64,000 bases of DNA from the human T2T-CHM13v2.0 reference genome, Homo sapiens (GCA_009914755.4 CP086569.2:27680001-27744000), one strand, 5' to 3'. Shown: positions 24,907 to 40,300, counted from the first letter of the stretch. Notes: generated from the sequence alone by a model not told the origin. Numbers and translations are program-made.

Positions 24907-27900
24907 GTAATGGAGTGGAGTGGACTGGAGTGGAGTAGATTGCAGTGCATTGGACTGTAGGGGATAGAAGTGGCTTGGAGTCCATAGGAGTGGAGTGGAA
25001 TGGAATGGAATGGAGTGGAATGGACTGGAACGGAATGGAATGGAATGGATTTAAATGGCAGGGAATCAAATCGAATTGAATCATATTGAATCAAGTCGAA
25101 TCGATTGGAGGAAAGAAATCGAATGAAATCGAATGGAATGAATTGAATGGAGTCGAATGTCAACCATGGAATCGGAAGTAATGTGGTAAAGTGGAGTGGA
25201 GTGTTATGGAGTGGAATGGAATGGGGTGACATGGAATTGAATACAGTGGAGAGGAGTGGAGTGGATTGGGCTAGAGTGGAACGGAAAGGGAAGGAATGGA
25301 ACTGAATGGAGTGGAGTGGAATGGAGTGGAATGGAATGGAATGGAATGGAATGGAATGGAGTGGAATGGAATCGAATCACATGGAACTGAATGAAACCAA
25401 ATTGAATGAAATTGAATGGAGAAAATGGAATCAAATGGAATCAAATCGAACGAATTCGAATGTCATTGAATGGAATCGAAAGGAATGCAGTGAGGTGGGG
25501 TTGAGTGGAATGGAGTGGAATGGAATGGGATGAATGGAATTGAATGGAGGAGAGTGGAATGGAATGGAATGGAAAGGAATGGAATTGAACAAAATTGAGT
25601 GTAATAGAATGGAGTGGATTGGAGTGGAGTGCAGGGGAGTGCAGTGGAATGAAGAGGAGTGTAGTTGAATGGAATGGAATGTATGGAATGTACTGGAATA
25701 GAATGGATAAGAATGGAATGGAATGGAATCGCATGGAATTGAATAGAATCAAATCGAATTGAATAGAATCAAATGGAAAAAATGGAGTCAAATGGAATCG
25801 AATGGCATAGAATCGAACTGTTTTGAATGGCAGTGAATGGAAACGAATGGAATGCGATGAAGTGGAGCAGAGTGGAGTTGAAAGGAGTGCAATGGAATAG
25901 GGCGGAACTGAATTTAATGGAACAGAGTGGATTGGAGTGGACTGGAGTGGAATGGAATGGGAAGGAATGGGTTTGAAATTAGTGGCGTGCAGTGGAGTGG
26001 AGTGGCATGGAGTGGAGTGGAGTGGAATGGATTGGAATGCAATGGAGTGGAATGGAGTGGATTGGAATGGAATGGAGTGCAGAGGAATGGAATGGAATGG
26101 TATAGAGTGGACAGGAATGGAGTGGAGCGGATTGTAATGGAATGCAATGGAATGGAATGGTATGGAACTGAATGGACTGGAATGGAATGGAATAGAATGG
26201 AATCACAGGGAATCAAATTGGATTGAATCGAATCGAATGGAAAAAATGAAATCAAATGAAATTGAATGGAATCGAAATGAATGTAAACAATGGAATCCAA
26301 TGGAATCCAATGGAATCGAATCAAATGGTTTTGAATGGCATAAAATGAAATTGCAAGGAAGGCAGTGAATTGGAGTGGAGTGGAATAGAGAGGAATTAAT
26401 TGGAATGGAGTGGAGCGGAATGGAGTGGATTCCAGTGGAGTGGAGTGGATTGGATTGGAATGGAATGGAATAGACTGGATTGGAGTGGTGTAGAGTGCAG
26501 TGGATTGGAGTGGAGAGGAATGGAGTGGAGTGAAGTCGAGTTGAATGGAATGGAATGGAGTGGAGCAGAGTGGAATGCAAAAGAATGAAGTGGATTGGTG
26601 TGGAATGGAATGGCGTGGAATGGAGTGGAATAGAATGGAATGGAATCGCATGGAAGGATATCAAATCCAATGGAATCGAAGGAAAATTATGAATCCAATG
26701 GAATCGAAAGGATTCCAAAGGAACGGATTCGAAAGGCATTTAATGGAATGGAAAGGTATGCAGTGAAGTGGAGTGGAGTGGAGTGGATTGGTTTAGAGTG
26801 AAATGGGGTGGATTGGAACACTATGTGGTGGAGTGGAGTGTAGTGGATCGGAGTGGAGTGCCGTGGAGTGGACTAGAGTGGGGTGGAGTGGAGTGCATTG
26901 GAGTGGAATGGAGTGGAGTGGGGTGGAATGGAATGGAATGGCATCAAATCGCATGGTAATGAATCAAATGGAATCAAATGGAATGAAATAATGGAATCGA
27001 AGGCAAACGAATGGAATCGAATTGCACTGATTCTACTGACTTCGAAGAAAATGAAATGAAATGCGGTGAAGTGGAGTGGAGTGGAATATATTAGGGTGGA
27101 ATGGAATTGAATGGTGTGGAGTGGATTGGAGTGTCCAGGAGTGGAATGGGAAGAAATGGAATTGAACGGAGTGGAGTGGAGTGGAATGGAGGGTAATGGA
27201 GTGGAATGGAGTGGAGTGGAGTAGAGTGGAATGGGTTGGAGTGGAATGCAGAGGACAGGAGTGGAGTGTGGTGGACTGGAGTGGAGTGGAGTTGAGTGGA
27301 GTGGATTGGATTGAAATAGAGCGGAGCAGAGTGGAATGGAATTGAATGACATGGTACTGAATCAAATCGAATGGAATTAAATCGAATGAGAAAACGGAAT
27401 CAAAAGCAAACGAATGGAGTCAAACCACATTGGTTAGACTGACATCGAATAATATCAAAAGAAATGTGATGAAGGTGAGTGGAGTGTAATGAAATGGGGT
27501 GGAATGAAATAGAATGGAGTGGAGTGGAGTGGAGTGGAGTCTACTGGAGTGGAATGGAATGGAATGGAAAGGAATGGAATAGAATGGAGTGAAGTGCAGT
27601 GCAGTGAAATGGAGTGGAAAGGAATGGAATGGAAAGAATTGAATCAAATGGAATCGAAGTGAATCGAATGTAATGAAATTGAACGCAAAAAATGGAATGA
27701 GTAGAATCGAAAAAGATGGTTTCAAATGGCAACAAATAAAATTGAATGGAATGCGGTGAGGTGGAGGGGATTGGAATGGAGTTGAATGGAATGGGGTGTA
27801 ATTGAATTGAATGGAGTGTAGTGGAGTGAACTGGAGTTCAATGGAATGGAATGGGCAGGCATGGAATTGAAAGGCTTGGAGTGGAGTGGAATTGAGAGGA

Positions 27901-28023
27901 GTGGAATGGAGTAGGGTGGATTGTGGTGGAGAATATTGGAAAAGAGTGGAGTGGAATGGAATGGAATGGAGTGGAGTGGAATGGAATGGAATTGAGTGAA
28001 GTGGAGTGTAGTGGAATGGAGAG
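24907..28023 (+). repeat. HOR copy 9
   Basis: Landmark at 24907 (variant 'gagtgtaatggag'); unit 3117 bp. Confidence 0.8.
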
Positions 28024-31000
28024 TAATGGAGTGGAGTGGACTGGATTGGAGTAGATTGCAGTGCATTGGACTGTAGGGGATAGAAGTGGCTTGGAGCCCA
28101 TAGGAGTGGAGTGGAAAGGAATGGAATGGAGTGGAATGGACTGGAACGGAATGGAATGGAATGGATTTAAATGGCAGGGAATCAAATCGAATTGAATCAT
28201 ATTGAATCAAGTCGAATCGAGTGGAGGAAAGAAATCGAATGAAATCGAATGGAATGAATTGAATGGAGTCGAATGTCAACCATGGAATCGAAAGTAATGT
28301 GGTAAAGTGGAGTGGAGTGTTATGGAGTGGAATGGAATGGGGTGACATGGGATTGAATACAGTGGAGAGGAGTGGAGTGGATTGGGCTAGAGTGGAACGG
28401 AAAGGGAAGGAATGGAACTGAATGGAGTGGAGTGGAATGGAGTGGAATGGAATGGAATGGAATGGAATGGAATGGAATGGAACGGAATGGAGTGGAATGG
28501 AATCGAATGACATGGAACTGAATGAAACCGAATTGAATGAAATTGAATGGAGAAAATGGAATCAAATGGAATCAAATCGAACGGATTCGAATGTCATTGA
28601 ATGGAATCGAAAGAAATGCAGTGAGGTGGGGTTGAGTGGAATGGGATGAATGGAATTGAATGGAGGGGAGTGCAATGGAATGGAATGGAAAGGAATGGAA
28701 TTGAACAAAATGGAGTGTAGTAGAATGGAGTGGATTGGAGTGGAGTGCAGGGGAGTGCAGTGGAATGAAGAGGAGTGTAGTTGAATGGAATGGAATGTAT
28801 GGAATGTACTGGAATAGAATGGATAAGAATGGAATGGAATGGAATCGCACGGAATTGAATAGAATCAAATCAATTGAATAGAATCAAATGGAAAAAATGG
28901 AGTCAAATGGAATCGAATGGCATAGAATCGAACGGTTTTGAATGTCAGTGAATGGAAACGAATGGAATGCGTTGAAATGGAGCAGAGTGGAGTGGAAAGG
29001 AGTGCAATGGAATAGGGTGGAACTGAATTTAATGGAACAGAGTGGATTGGAGTGGACTGGAGTGGAATGGAATGGGAAGGAATGGGATTGAAATTAGTGG
29101 CGTTCAGTGGAGTGGAGTGGCATGGAGTGGAGTGGAGTGGAATGGAGTGGAATGGAATGGAGTGGAATGGAGTGGATTGGAATGGAATGGAGTGCAGAGG
29201 AATGGAATGGAATGGTATAGAGTGGACAGGAATGGAGTGGAGCGGATTGGAATGGAATGGAATGGAATGGAACTGAATGGACTGGAATGGAATGGAATAG
29301 AACGGAATCACAGGGAATCAAATTGGATTGAATCGAATCGAATGGAAAAAATGAAATCAAATGAAATTGAATGGAATCGAAATGAATGTAAACAATGGAA
29401 TCCAAAGGTATCAAATGGAATGGAATCAAATGGTTTTGAATGGCGTAAAATGAAATCGCAAGGAAGGCAGTGAATTGGAGTGGAGTGGAATAGAGAGGAA
29501 TGAATTGGAATGGAGTGGAGTGGAATGGAGTGGATTCCAGTGGACTGGAGTGGATTTGATTTTAATGGAATGGAATAGACTGGATTGGAGTGGTGTAGAG
29601 TGCAGTGGATTGGAGTGGAGAGGAATGGAGTGGAGTGAAGTCGAGTTGAGTGGAATGGAATGGAGTGGAGCAGAGTGGAATACAAAAGAATGAAGTGGAT
29701 TGGTGTGGAATGGAATGGCGTGGAATGGAGTGGAATAGAATGGAATGGAATCGCATGGAAGGATATCAAATCCAATGGAATCGAACGAAAATTATGAATC
29801 CAATGGAATCGAAAGGATTCCAAAGGAACGGATTCGAAAGGCATTTAATGGAATGGAAAGGTATGCAGTGAAGTGGAGTGGAGTGGAGTGGATTGTTTTA
29901 GAGTGAAATGGGGTGGATTGGAACACTATGTGGTGGAGTGGAGTGTAGTGGATCGGAGTGGAGTGCCGTGGAGTGGACTAGAGTGGGGTGGAGTGGAGTG
30001 CATTGGAGTGGAATGGAGTGGAGTGGGGTGGAATGGAATGGAATGGCATCAAATCGCATGGTAATGAATCAAATGGAATCAAATGGAATGAAATAATGGA
30101 ATTGAAGGCAAACGAATGGAATCGAATTGCACTGATTCTACTGACTTCGAAGAAAATGAAATGAAATGCGGTGAAGTGGAGTGGAGTGGAATGTATTAGG
30201 GTGGAATGGAATTGAATGGTGTGGAGTGTAGTGGAGTGCCCAGGAGTGGAATGGGAAGAAATGGAATTGAACGGAGTGGAGTGGAGTGGAATGGAGGGTA
30301 ATGGAGTGGAATGGAGTGGAGTGGAGTAGAGTGGAATGGGTTGGAGTGGAATGCAGAGGACAGGAGTGGAGTGTGGTGGACTGGAGTGGAGTGGAGTTGA
30401 GTGGAGTGGATTGGATTGAAATAGAGCGGAGCAGAGTGGAATGGAATTGAATCACATGGTACTGAATCAAATCGAATGGAATTAAATCGAATGAAAAAAC
30501 GGAATCAAAAGCAAACGAATGGAGTCAAACCACATTGGTTAGACTGACATCGAATAATATCAAAAGAAATGTGGTGAAGTGGAGTGGAGTGTAATGAAAT
30601 GGGGTGGAATGAAATTGAATGGAGTGGAGTGGAGTGGAGTCTACTGGAGTGGAATGGAAGGGAATGGAAAGGAATGGAATAGAATGAAGTGAAGTGCAGT
30701 GCAGTGAAATGGAGTGGAAAGGAATGGAATGGAAAGAATTGAATCAAATGGAATCGAAGTGAATCGAATCTAATGAAATTCAACGCAAAAAATGGAATGA
30801 GTAGAATCGAAAAAGATGGTTTCATATGGCAACAAATAAAATTGAATTGAATGCGGTGAGGTGGAGGGGATTGGAATGGAGTTGAATGGAATGGGGTGTA
30901 ATTGAATTGAATGGAGTGGAGTGGAGTGAACTGGAGTGCAATGGAATGGAATGGCCAGGCATGGAATTGAAAGGCGTGGAGTGGAGTGGAATTGAGAGGA

Positions 31001-31123
31001 GTGGAATGGAGTAGGGTGGATTGTGGTGGAGAATATTGGAAAAGAGTGGAGTGGAATGGAATGGAATGGAGTGGAGTGGAATGGAATGGAATTGAGTGAA
31101 GTGGAGTGTAGTGGAATGGAGTG
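28024..31123 (+). repeat. HOR copy 10
   Basis: Landmark at 28024, carrying the same 'ctggattggagtag' variant as copy 8; unit 3100 bp. Confidence 0.8.
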
Positions 31124-34100
31124 TAATGGAGTGGAGTGGACTGGAGTGGAGTAGATTGCAGTGCATTGGACTGTAGGGGATAGAAGTGGCTTGGAGTCCA
31201 TAGGAGTGGAGTGGAATGGAATGGAATGGAGTGGAATGGACTGGAACGGAATGGAATGGAATGGATTTAAATGGCAGGGAATCAAATCGAATTGAATCAT
31301 ATTGAATCAAGTCGAATCGATTGGAGGAAAGAAATCGAATGAAATCGAATGGAATGAATTGAATGGAGTCGAATGTCAACCATGGAATCGGAAGTAATGT
31401 GGTAAAGTGGAGTGGAGTGTTATGGAGTGGAATGGAATGGGGTGACATGGAATTGAATACAGTGGAGAGGAGTGGAGTGGATTGGGCTAGAGTGGAACGG
31501 AAAGGGAAGGAATGGAACTGAATGGAGTGGAGTGGAATGGAGTGGAATGGAATGGAATGGAATGGAATGGAATGGAGTGGAATGGAATCGAATCACATGG
31601 AACTGAATGAAACCGAATTGAATGAAATTGAATGGAGAAAATGGAATCAAATGGAATCAAATCGAACGAATTCGAATGTCATTGAATGGAATCGAAAGGA
31701 ATGCAGTGAGGTGGGGTTGAGTGGAATGGAGTGGAATGGAATGGGATGAATGGAATTGAATGGAGGAGAGTGGAATGGAATGGAATGGAAAGGAATGGAA
31801 TTGAACAAAATTGAGTGTAATAGAATGGAGTGGATTGGAGTGGAGTGCAGGGGAGTGCAGTGGAATGAAGAGGAGTGTAGTTGAATGGAATGGAATGTAT
31901 GGAATGTACTGGAATAGAATGGATAAGAATGGAATGGAATGGAATCGCATGGAATTGAATAGAATCAAATCGAATTGAATAGAATCAAATGGAAAAAATG
32001 GAGTCAAATGGAATCGAATGGCATAGAATCGAACTGTTTTGAATGGCAGTGAATGGAAACGAATGGAATGCGATGAAGTGGAGCAGAGTGGAGTTGAAAG
32101 GAGTGCAATGGAATAGGGCGGAACTGAATTTAATGGAACAGAGTGGATTGGAGTGGACTGGAGTGGAATGGAATGGGAAGGAATGGGTTTGAAATTAGTG
32201 GCGTGCAGTGGAGTGGAGTGGCATGGAGTGGAGTGGAGTGGAATGGATTGGAATGCAATGGAGTGGAATGGAGTGGATTGGAATGGAATGGAGTGCAGAG
32301 GAATGGAATGGAATGGTATAGAGTGGACAGGAATGGAGTGGAGCGGATTGTAATGGAATGCAATGGAATGGAATGGTATGGAACTGAATGGACTGGAATG
32401 GAATGGAATAGAATGGAATCACAGGGAATCAAATTGGATTGAATCGAATCGAATGGAAAAAATGAAATCAAATGAAATTGAATGGAATCGAAATGAATGT
32501 AAACAATGGAATCCAATGGAATCCAATGGAATCGAATCAAATGGTTTTGAATGGCATAAAATGAAATTGCAAGGAAGGCAGTGAATTGGAGTGGAGTGGA
32601 ATAGAGAGGAATTAATTGGAATGGAGTGGAGCGGAATGGAGTGGATTCCAGTGGAGTGGAGTGGATTGGATTGGAATGGAATGGAATAGACTGGATTGGA
32701 GTGGTGTAGAGTGCAGTGGATTGGAGTGGAGAGGAATGGAGTGGAGTGAAGTCGAGTTGAATGGAATGGAATGGAGTGGAGCAGAGTGGAATGCAAAAGA
32801 ATGAAGTGGATTGGTGTGGAATGGAATGGCGTGGAATGGAGTGGAATAGAATGGAATGGAATCGCATGGAAGGATATCAAATCCAATGGAATCGAAGGAA
32901 AATTATGAATCCAATGGAATCGAAAGGATTCCAAAGGAACGGATTCGAAAGGCATTTAATGGAATGGAAAGGTATGCAGTGAAGTGGAGTGGAGTGGAGT
33001 GGATTGGTTTAGAGTGAAATGGGGTGGATTGGAACACTATGTGGTGGAGTGGAGTGTAGTGGATCGGAGTGGAGTGCCGTGGAGTGGACTAGAGTGGGGT
33101 GGAGTGGAGTGCATTGGAGTGGAATGGAGTGGAGTGGGGTGGAATGGAATGGAATGGCATCAAATCGCATGGTAATGAATCAAATGGAATCAAATGGAAT
33201 GAAATAATGGAATCGAAGGCAAACGAATGGAATCGAATTGCACTGATTCTACTGACTTCGAAGAAAATGAAATGAAATGCGGTGAAGTGGAGTGGAGTGG
33301 AATATATTAGGGTGGAATGGAATTGAATGGTGTGGAGTGGATTGGAGTGTCCAGGAGTGGAATGGGAAGAAATGGAATTGAACGGAGTGGAGTGGAGTGG
33401 AATGGAGGGTAATGGAGTGGAATGGAGTGGAGTGGAGTAGAGTGGAATGGGTTGGAGTGGAATGCAGAGGACAGGAGTGGAGTGTGGTGGACTGGAGTGG
33501 AGTGGAGTTGAGTGGAGTGGATTGGATTGAAATAGAGCGGAGCAGAGTGGAATGGAATTGAATGACATGGTACTGAATCAAATCGAATGGAATTAAATCG
33601 AATGAAAAAACGGAATCAAAAGCAAACGAATGGAGTCAAACCACATTGGTTAGACTGACATCGAATTATATCAAAAGAAATGTGGTGAAGGTGAGTGGAG
33701 TGTAATGAAATGGGGTGGAATGAAATTGAATGGAGTGGAGTGGAGTGGAGTGGAGTCTACTGGAGTGGAATGGAATGGAATGGAAAGGAATGGAATAGAA
33801 TGGAGTGAAGTGCAGTGCAGTGAAATGGAGTGGAAAGGAATGGAATGGAAAGAATTGAATCAAATGGAATCGAAGTGAATCGAATCTAATGAAAGTGAAC
33901 CCAAAAAATGGAATGAGTAGAATCGAAAAAGATGGTTTCAAATGGCAACAAATAAAATTGAATGGAATGCGGTGAGGTGGAGGGGATTGGAATGGAGTTG
34001 AATGGAATGGGGTGTATTTGAATTGAATGGAGTGGAGTGGAGTGAACTGGAGTTCAATGGAATGGAATGGGCAGGCATGGAATTGAAAGGCGTGGAGTGG

Positions 34101-34238
34101 AGTGGAATTGAGAGGAGTGGAATGGAGTAGGGTGGATTGTGGTGGAGAATATTGGAAAAGAGTGGAGTGGAATGGAATGGAATGGAGTGGAGTGGAATGG
34201 AATGGAATTGAGTGAAGTGGAGTGTAGTGGAATGGAGA
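31124..34238 (+). repeat. HOR copy 11
   Basis: Landmark at 31124, carrying the same 'gagtgtaatggag' variant as copy 9; unit 3115 bp. Confidence 0.8.
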
Positions 34239-37200
34239 GTAATGGAGTGGAGTGGACTGGAGTGGAGTAGATTGCAGTGCATTGGACTGTAGGGGATAGA
34301 AGTGGCTTGGAGTCCATAGGAGTGGAGTGGAATGGAATGGAATGGACTGGAATGGACTGGAACGGAATGGAATGGAATGGATTTAAATGGCAGGGAATCA
34401 AATCGAATTGAATCATATTGAATCAAGTCGAATCGAGTGGAGGAAAGAAATCGAATGAAATCGAATGGAATGAATTGAATGGAGTCGAATGTCAACCATG
34501 GAATCGAAAGTAATGTGGTAAAGTGGAGTGGAGTGTTATGGAGTGGAATGGAATGGGGTGACATGGAATTGAATACAGTGGAGAGGAGTGGAGTGGATTG
34601 GGCTAGAGTGGAACGGAAAGGGAAGGAATGGAACTGAATGGAGTGGAGTGGAATGGAGTGGAATGGAATGGAACGGAATGGAACGGAATGGAGTGGAATG
34701 GAATCGAATCACATGGAACTGAATGAAACCGAATTGAATGAAATTGAATGGAGAAAATGGAATCAAATGGAATCAAATCGAACGGATTCGAATGTCATTG
34801 AATGGAATCGAAAGGAATGCAGTGAGGTGGGGTTGTGTGGAATGGAGTGGAATGGAATGGGATGAATGGAATTGAATGGAGGGGAGTGGAATGGAATGGA
34901 ATGGAAAGGAATGGAATTGAACAAAATGGAGTGTAGTAGAATGGAGTGGATTGGAGTGGAGTGCAGGGGAGTGCAGTGGAATGAAGAGGAGTGCAGTTGA
35001 ATGGAATGGAATGTATGGAATGTACTGGAATAGAATGGATAAGAATGGAATGGAATGGAATCGCATGGAATTGAATAGAATCAAATCGAATTGAATAGAA
35101 TCAAATGGAAAAAATGGAGTCAAATGGAATCGAATGGCATAGAATCGAACGGTTTTGAATGTCAGTGAATGGAAACGAATGGAATGCGATGAAGTGGAGC
35201 AGAGTGGAGTGGAAAAGAGTGCAATGGAATAGGGTGGAACTGAATTTAATGGAACAGAGTGGATTGGAGTGGACTGGAGTGGAATGGAATGGGAAGGAAT
35301 GGGATTGAATTTAGTGGCGTGCAGTGGAGTGGAGTGGCATGGAGTGGAGTGGAGTGGAATGGAGTGGAATGGAATGGAGTGGAATGGAGTGGATTGGAAT
35401 GGAATGGAGTGCAGAGGAATGGAATGGAATGGTATAGAGTGGACAGGAATGGAGTGGAGCGGATTGGAATGGAATGGAATGGGATGGAACTGAATGGACT
35501 GGAATGGAATGGAATAGAATGGAATCACAGGGAATCAAATTGGATTGAATCGAATCGAATGGAAAAAATGAAATCAAATGAAATTGAATGGAATCGAAAT
35601 GAATGTAAACAATGGAATCCAATGGAATCCAATGGAATCGAATCAAATGGTTTTGAATGGCGTAAAATGAAATCGCAAGGAAGGCAGTGAATTGGAGTGG
35701 AGTGGAATAGAGAGGAATGAATTGGAATGGAGTGGAGTGGAATGGAGTGGATTCCAGTGGAGTGGAGTGGATTGGATCGGAATGGAATGGAATAGACTGG
35801 ATTGGAGTGGTGTAGAGTGCAGTGGATTGGAGTGGAGAGGAATGGAGTGGAGTGAAGTCGAGTTGAGTGGAATGGAATGGAGTGGAGCAGAGTGGAATGC
35901 AAAAGAATGAAGTGGATTGGTGTGGGATGGAATGGCGTGGAATGGAGTGGAATAGAATGGAATGGAATCGCATGGAAGGATATCAAATCAAATGGAATCG
36001 AACGAAAATTATGAATCCAATGGAATCGAAAGGATTCCAAAGAAGAGATTCGAAAGGCATTTAATGGAATGGAAAGGTATGCAGTGAAGTGGAGTGGAGT
36101 GGAGTGGATTGTTTTAGAGTGAAATGGGGTGGATTGGAACACCATGTGGTGGAGTGGAGTGTAGTGGATCGGAGTGGAGTGCCGTGGAGTGGACTAGAGT
36201 AGGGTGGAGTGGAGTGCATTGGAGTGGAATGGAGTGGAGTGGGGTGGAATGGAAAGGAATGGTATCAAATCGCATGGTAATGAATCAAATGGAATCAAAT
36301 GGAATGAAATAATGGAATCGAAGGCAAACGAATGGAATCGAATTGCACTGATTCTACTGACTTTGAAGAAAATGAAATGAAATGCGGTGAAGTGGAGTGG
36401 AGTGGAATGTATTAGGGTGGAATGGAATTGAATGGTGTGGAGTGGAGTGGAGTGCCCAGGAGTGGAATGGGAAGAAATGGAATTGAACGGAGTGGAGTGG
36501 AGTGGAATGGAGGGTAATGGAGTGGAATGGAGTGGAGTGGAGTAGAGTGGAATGGGTTGGAGTGGAATGCAGAGGACAGGAGTGGAGTGTGGTGGACTGG
36601 AGTGGAGTGGAGTTGAGTGGAGTGCATTGGATTGAAATAGAGCGGAGCAGAGTGGAATGGAATTGAATCACATGGTATTGAATCAAATGGAATGGAATTA
36701 AATCGAATGAAAAAACGGAATCAAAAGCAAACGAATGGAGTCAAACCACATTGGTTAGACTGACATCGAATAATATCAAAAGAAATGCGGTGAAGTGGAG
36801 GGGAGTGTACTGAAATGGGGTGGAATGAAATTGAATGGAGTGGAGTGGAGTGGAGTCTACTGGAGTGGAATGGAATGGAATGGAAAGGAATGGAATAGAA
36901 TGGAGTGAAGTGCAGTGCAGTGAAATGGAGTGGAAAGGAATGGAATGGAAAGAATTGAATCAAATGGAATCGGAATGAATCGAATCTAATGAAATTGAAC
37001 GCAAAAAATGGAATGAGTAGAATCGAAAAAGATGGATTCAAATGGCAACAAATAAAATTGAATGGAATGCGGTGAGGTGGAGGGGATTGGAATGGAGTTG
37101 AATGGAATGGGGTGTAATTGAATTGAATGGAGTGGAGTGGAGTGAACTGGAGTGGAATGGAATGGAATGGGCAGGCATGGAATTGAAAGGCGTGGAGTGG

Positions 37201-37338
37201 AGTGGAATTGAGAGGAGTGGAATGGAGTAGGGTGGATTGTGGTGGAGAATAATGGAAAAGAGTGGAGTGGAATGGAACGGAATGGAGTGGAGTGGAATGG
37301 AATGGAATTGAGTGAAGTGGAGTGTAGTGGAATGGAGA
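34239..37338 (+). repeat. HOR copy 12
   Basis: Landmark at 34239; unit 3100 bp. Last copy with the 'gagaatattgg' early-domain variant. Confidence 0.8.
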
Positions 37339-40300
37339 GTAATGGAGTGGAGTGGACTGGAGTGGAGTTGATTGCAGTGCATTGGACTGTAGGGGATAGA
37401 AGTGGCTTGGAGTCCATAGGAGTGGAGTGGAATGGAATGGAATGGAGTGGAATGGACTGGAACGGAATGGAATGGAATGGATTTAAATGGCAGGGAATCA
37501 AATCGATTTGAATCATATTGAATCAAGTCGAATCGAGTGGAAGAAAGAAATCGAATGAAATCGAATGGAATGAATTGAATGGAGTCGAATGTCAACCATG
37601 GAATCGAAAGTAATGTGGTAAAGTGGAGTGGAGTGGAGTGTTATGGAGTGGAATGGAATGGGGTGACATGGAATTGAATACAGTGGAGAGGAGTGGAGTG
37701 GATTGGGCTAGAGTTGAACGGAAAGGGAAGGAATGGAACTAAATGGAGTGGAGTGGAATGGAGTGGAATGGAATGGAATGGAATGGAATGGAATTGAATG
37801 GAACGGAATGGAGTGCAATGGAATCGAATCACATGGAACTGAATGAAACCGAATTGAATGAAATTGAATGGAGAAAATGGAATCAAATGGAATCAAAACG
37901 AACGGATTCGAATGTCATTGAATGGAATCGAAAGGAATGCAGTGAGGTGGGGTTGAGTGGAATGGAGTGGAATGGAATGGGATGAATGGAAGTGAATGGA
38001 GTGGAGTGGAATGGAATGGAATGGAAAGGACTGGAATTGAACAAAATGGAGTGTAGTAGAATGGAGTGGATTGGAGTGGAGTGTAGGGGAGTGCAGTGGA
38101 ATGAAGAGGAGTGTAGTTGAATGGAATGGAATGTATGGAATGTACTGGAATAGAATGGATAAGAAAGGAATGGAATGAAATCGCATGGAATTGAATAGAA
38201 TCAAATCGAATTGAATAGAATCAAATGGAAAAAATGGAGGCAAATGGAATCGAATGGCGTAGAATCGAACGGTTTTGAATGGCAGTGAATGGAAACGAAT
38301 GGAATGCGATGAAGTGGAGCAGAGTGGAGTGGAAAGGAGTGCAATGGAATAGGGTGGAACTGAATTTAATGGAACAGAGTGGATTGGAGTGGACTGGAGT
38401 GGAATGGAATGGGAAGGAATGGGATTGAAAGGAGTGGCGTTCAGTGGAGTGGAGTAGCATGGAGTGGAGTGGAGTGGAATGGAGTGGAATGGAATGGAGT
38501 GGAATGGAGTGGGTTGGAATGGAATGGAGTGCAGAGGAATGGAATGGAATGGTATAGAGTGGACAGGAATGGAGTGGAGTGGATTGGAATGGAATGGAAT
38601 GGAATGGAACTGAATGGACTGGAATGGAAAGGAATAGAATGGAATCACAGGGAATCAAATTGGATTGAATCGAATCGAATGGAAAAAATGAAATCAAATG
38701 AAATTGAATGGAATCGAAATGAATGTAAACAATGGAATCCAATGGAATCCAATGGAATCGAATCAAATGGTTTTGAATGGCGTAAAATGAAATCGCAAGG
38801 AAGGCAGTGAATTGGAGTGGAGTGGAATAGAGAGGAATGAACTGGAATGGAGTGGATTGGAATGGAGTGGATTCCAGTGGAGTGGAGTGGCTTGGATTTT
38901 AATGGAATGGAATAGACTGGATTGGAGTGGTGTAGATTGCAGTGGATTGGAGTGGAGAGGAATGGAGTGGAGTGAAGTCGAGTTGAGTGGAATGGAATGG
39001 AGTGGAGCAGAGTGGAATGCAAAAGAATGAAGTGGATTGGTGTGGAATGGAATGGCGTGGAATGGAGTGGAATAGAATGGAATGGAATCGCATGGAAGGA
39101 TATCAAATCAAATGGAATCGAACAAAAATTATGAATCCAATGGAATCGAAAGGATTCCAAAGGAACGGATTCGAAAGACATTTAATGGAATGGAAAGGTA
39201 TGCAGTGAAGTGGAGTGGAGTGGAGTGGATTGTTTTAGAGTGAAATGGGGTGGATTGGAACACTATGTGGTGGAGTGGAGTGGAGTGGATCGGAGTGGAG
39301 TGCCGTGGAGTGGACTAGAGTAGGGTGGAGTGGAGTGCATTGGAGTGGAATGGAGTGGAGTGGGGTGGAATGGAAAGAAATGGCATCAAATCGCATGGTA
39401 ATGAATCAAATGGAATCAAATGCAATGAAATAATGGAATCGAAGGCAAACGAATGGAATCGAATTGCACTGATTCTACTGACTTCGAAGAAAATGAAATG
39501 AAATGCGGTGAAGTGGAGTGGAGTGGAATGTATTAGGGTGGAATGGAATTGAATGGTGTGGAGTGGAGTGGAGTGCCCAGGAGTGGAATGGGAAGAAATG
39601 GAATTGAACGGAGTGGAGTGGAGTGGAATGGAGGGTAATGGAGTGGAATGGAGTGGAGTGGAGTAGAGTGGAATGGGTTGGAGTGGAATGCAGAGGACAG
39701 GAGTGGAGTGTGGTGGACTGGAGTGGAGTGGAGTTGAGTGGAGTGGATTGGATTGAAATAGAGCGGAGCAGAGTGGAATGGAATTGAATCACATGGTATT
39801 GAATCAAATGGAATGGAATTAAATCGAATGAAAAAACGGAATCAAAAGCAAACGAATGGAGTCAAACCACATTGGTTAGACTGACATCGAATAATATCAA
39901 AAGAAATGCGGTGAAGTGGAGGGGAGTGTACTGAAATGGGGTGGAATGAAATTGAATGGAGTGGAGTGGAGTGGAGTCTACTGGAGTGGAATGGAATGGA
40001 ATGGAAAGGAATGGAATAGAATGGAGTGAAGTGCAGTGCAGTGAAATGGAGTGGAAAGGAATGGAATGGAAAGAATTGAATCAAATGGAATCGGAATGAA
40101 TCGAATCTAATGAAATTGAACGCAAAAAATGGAATGAGTAGAATCGAAAAAGATGGATTCAAATGGCAACAAATAAAATTGAATGGAATGCGGTGAGGTG
40201 GAGGGGATTGGAATGGAGTTGAATGGAATGGGGTGTAATTGAATTGAATGGAGTGGAGTGGAGTGAACTGGAGTGGAATGGAATGGAATGGGCAGGCATG

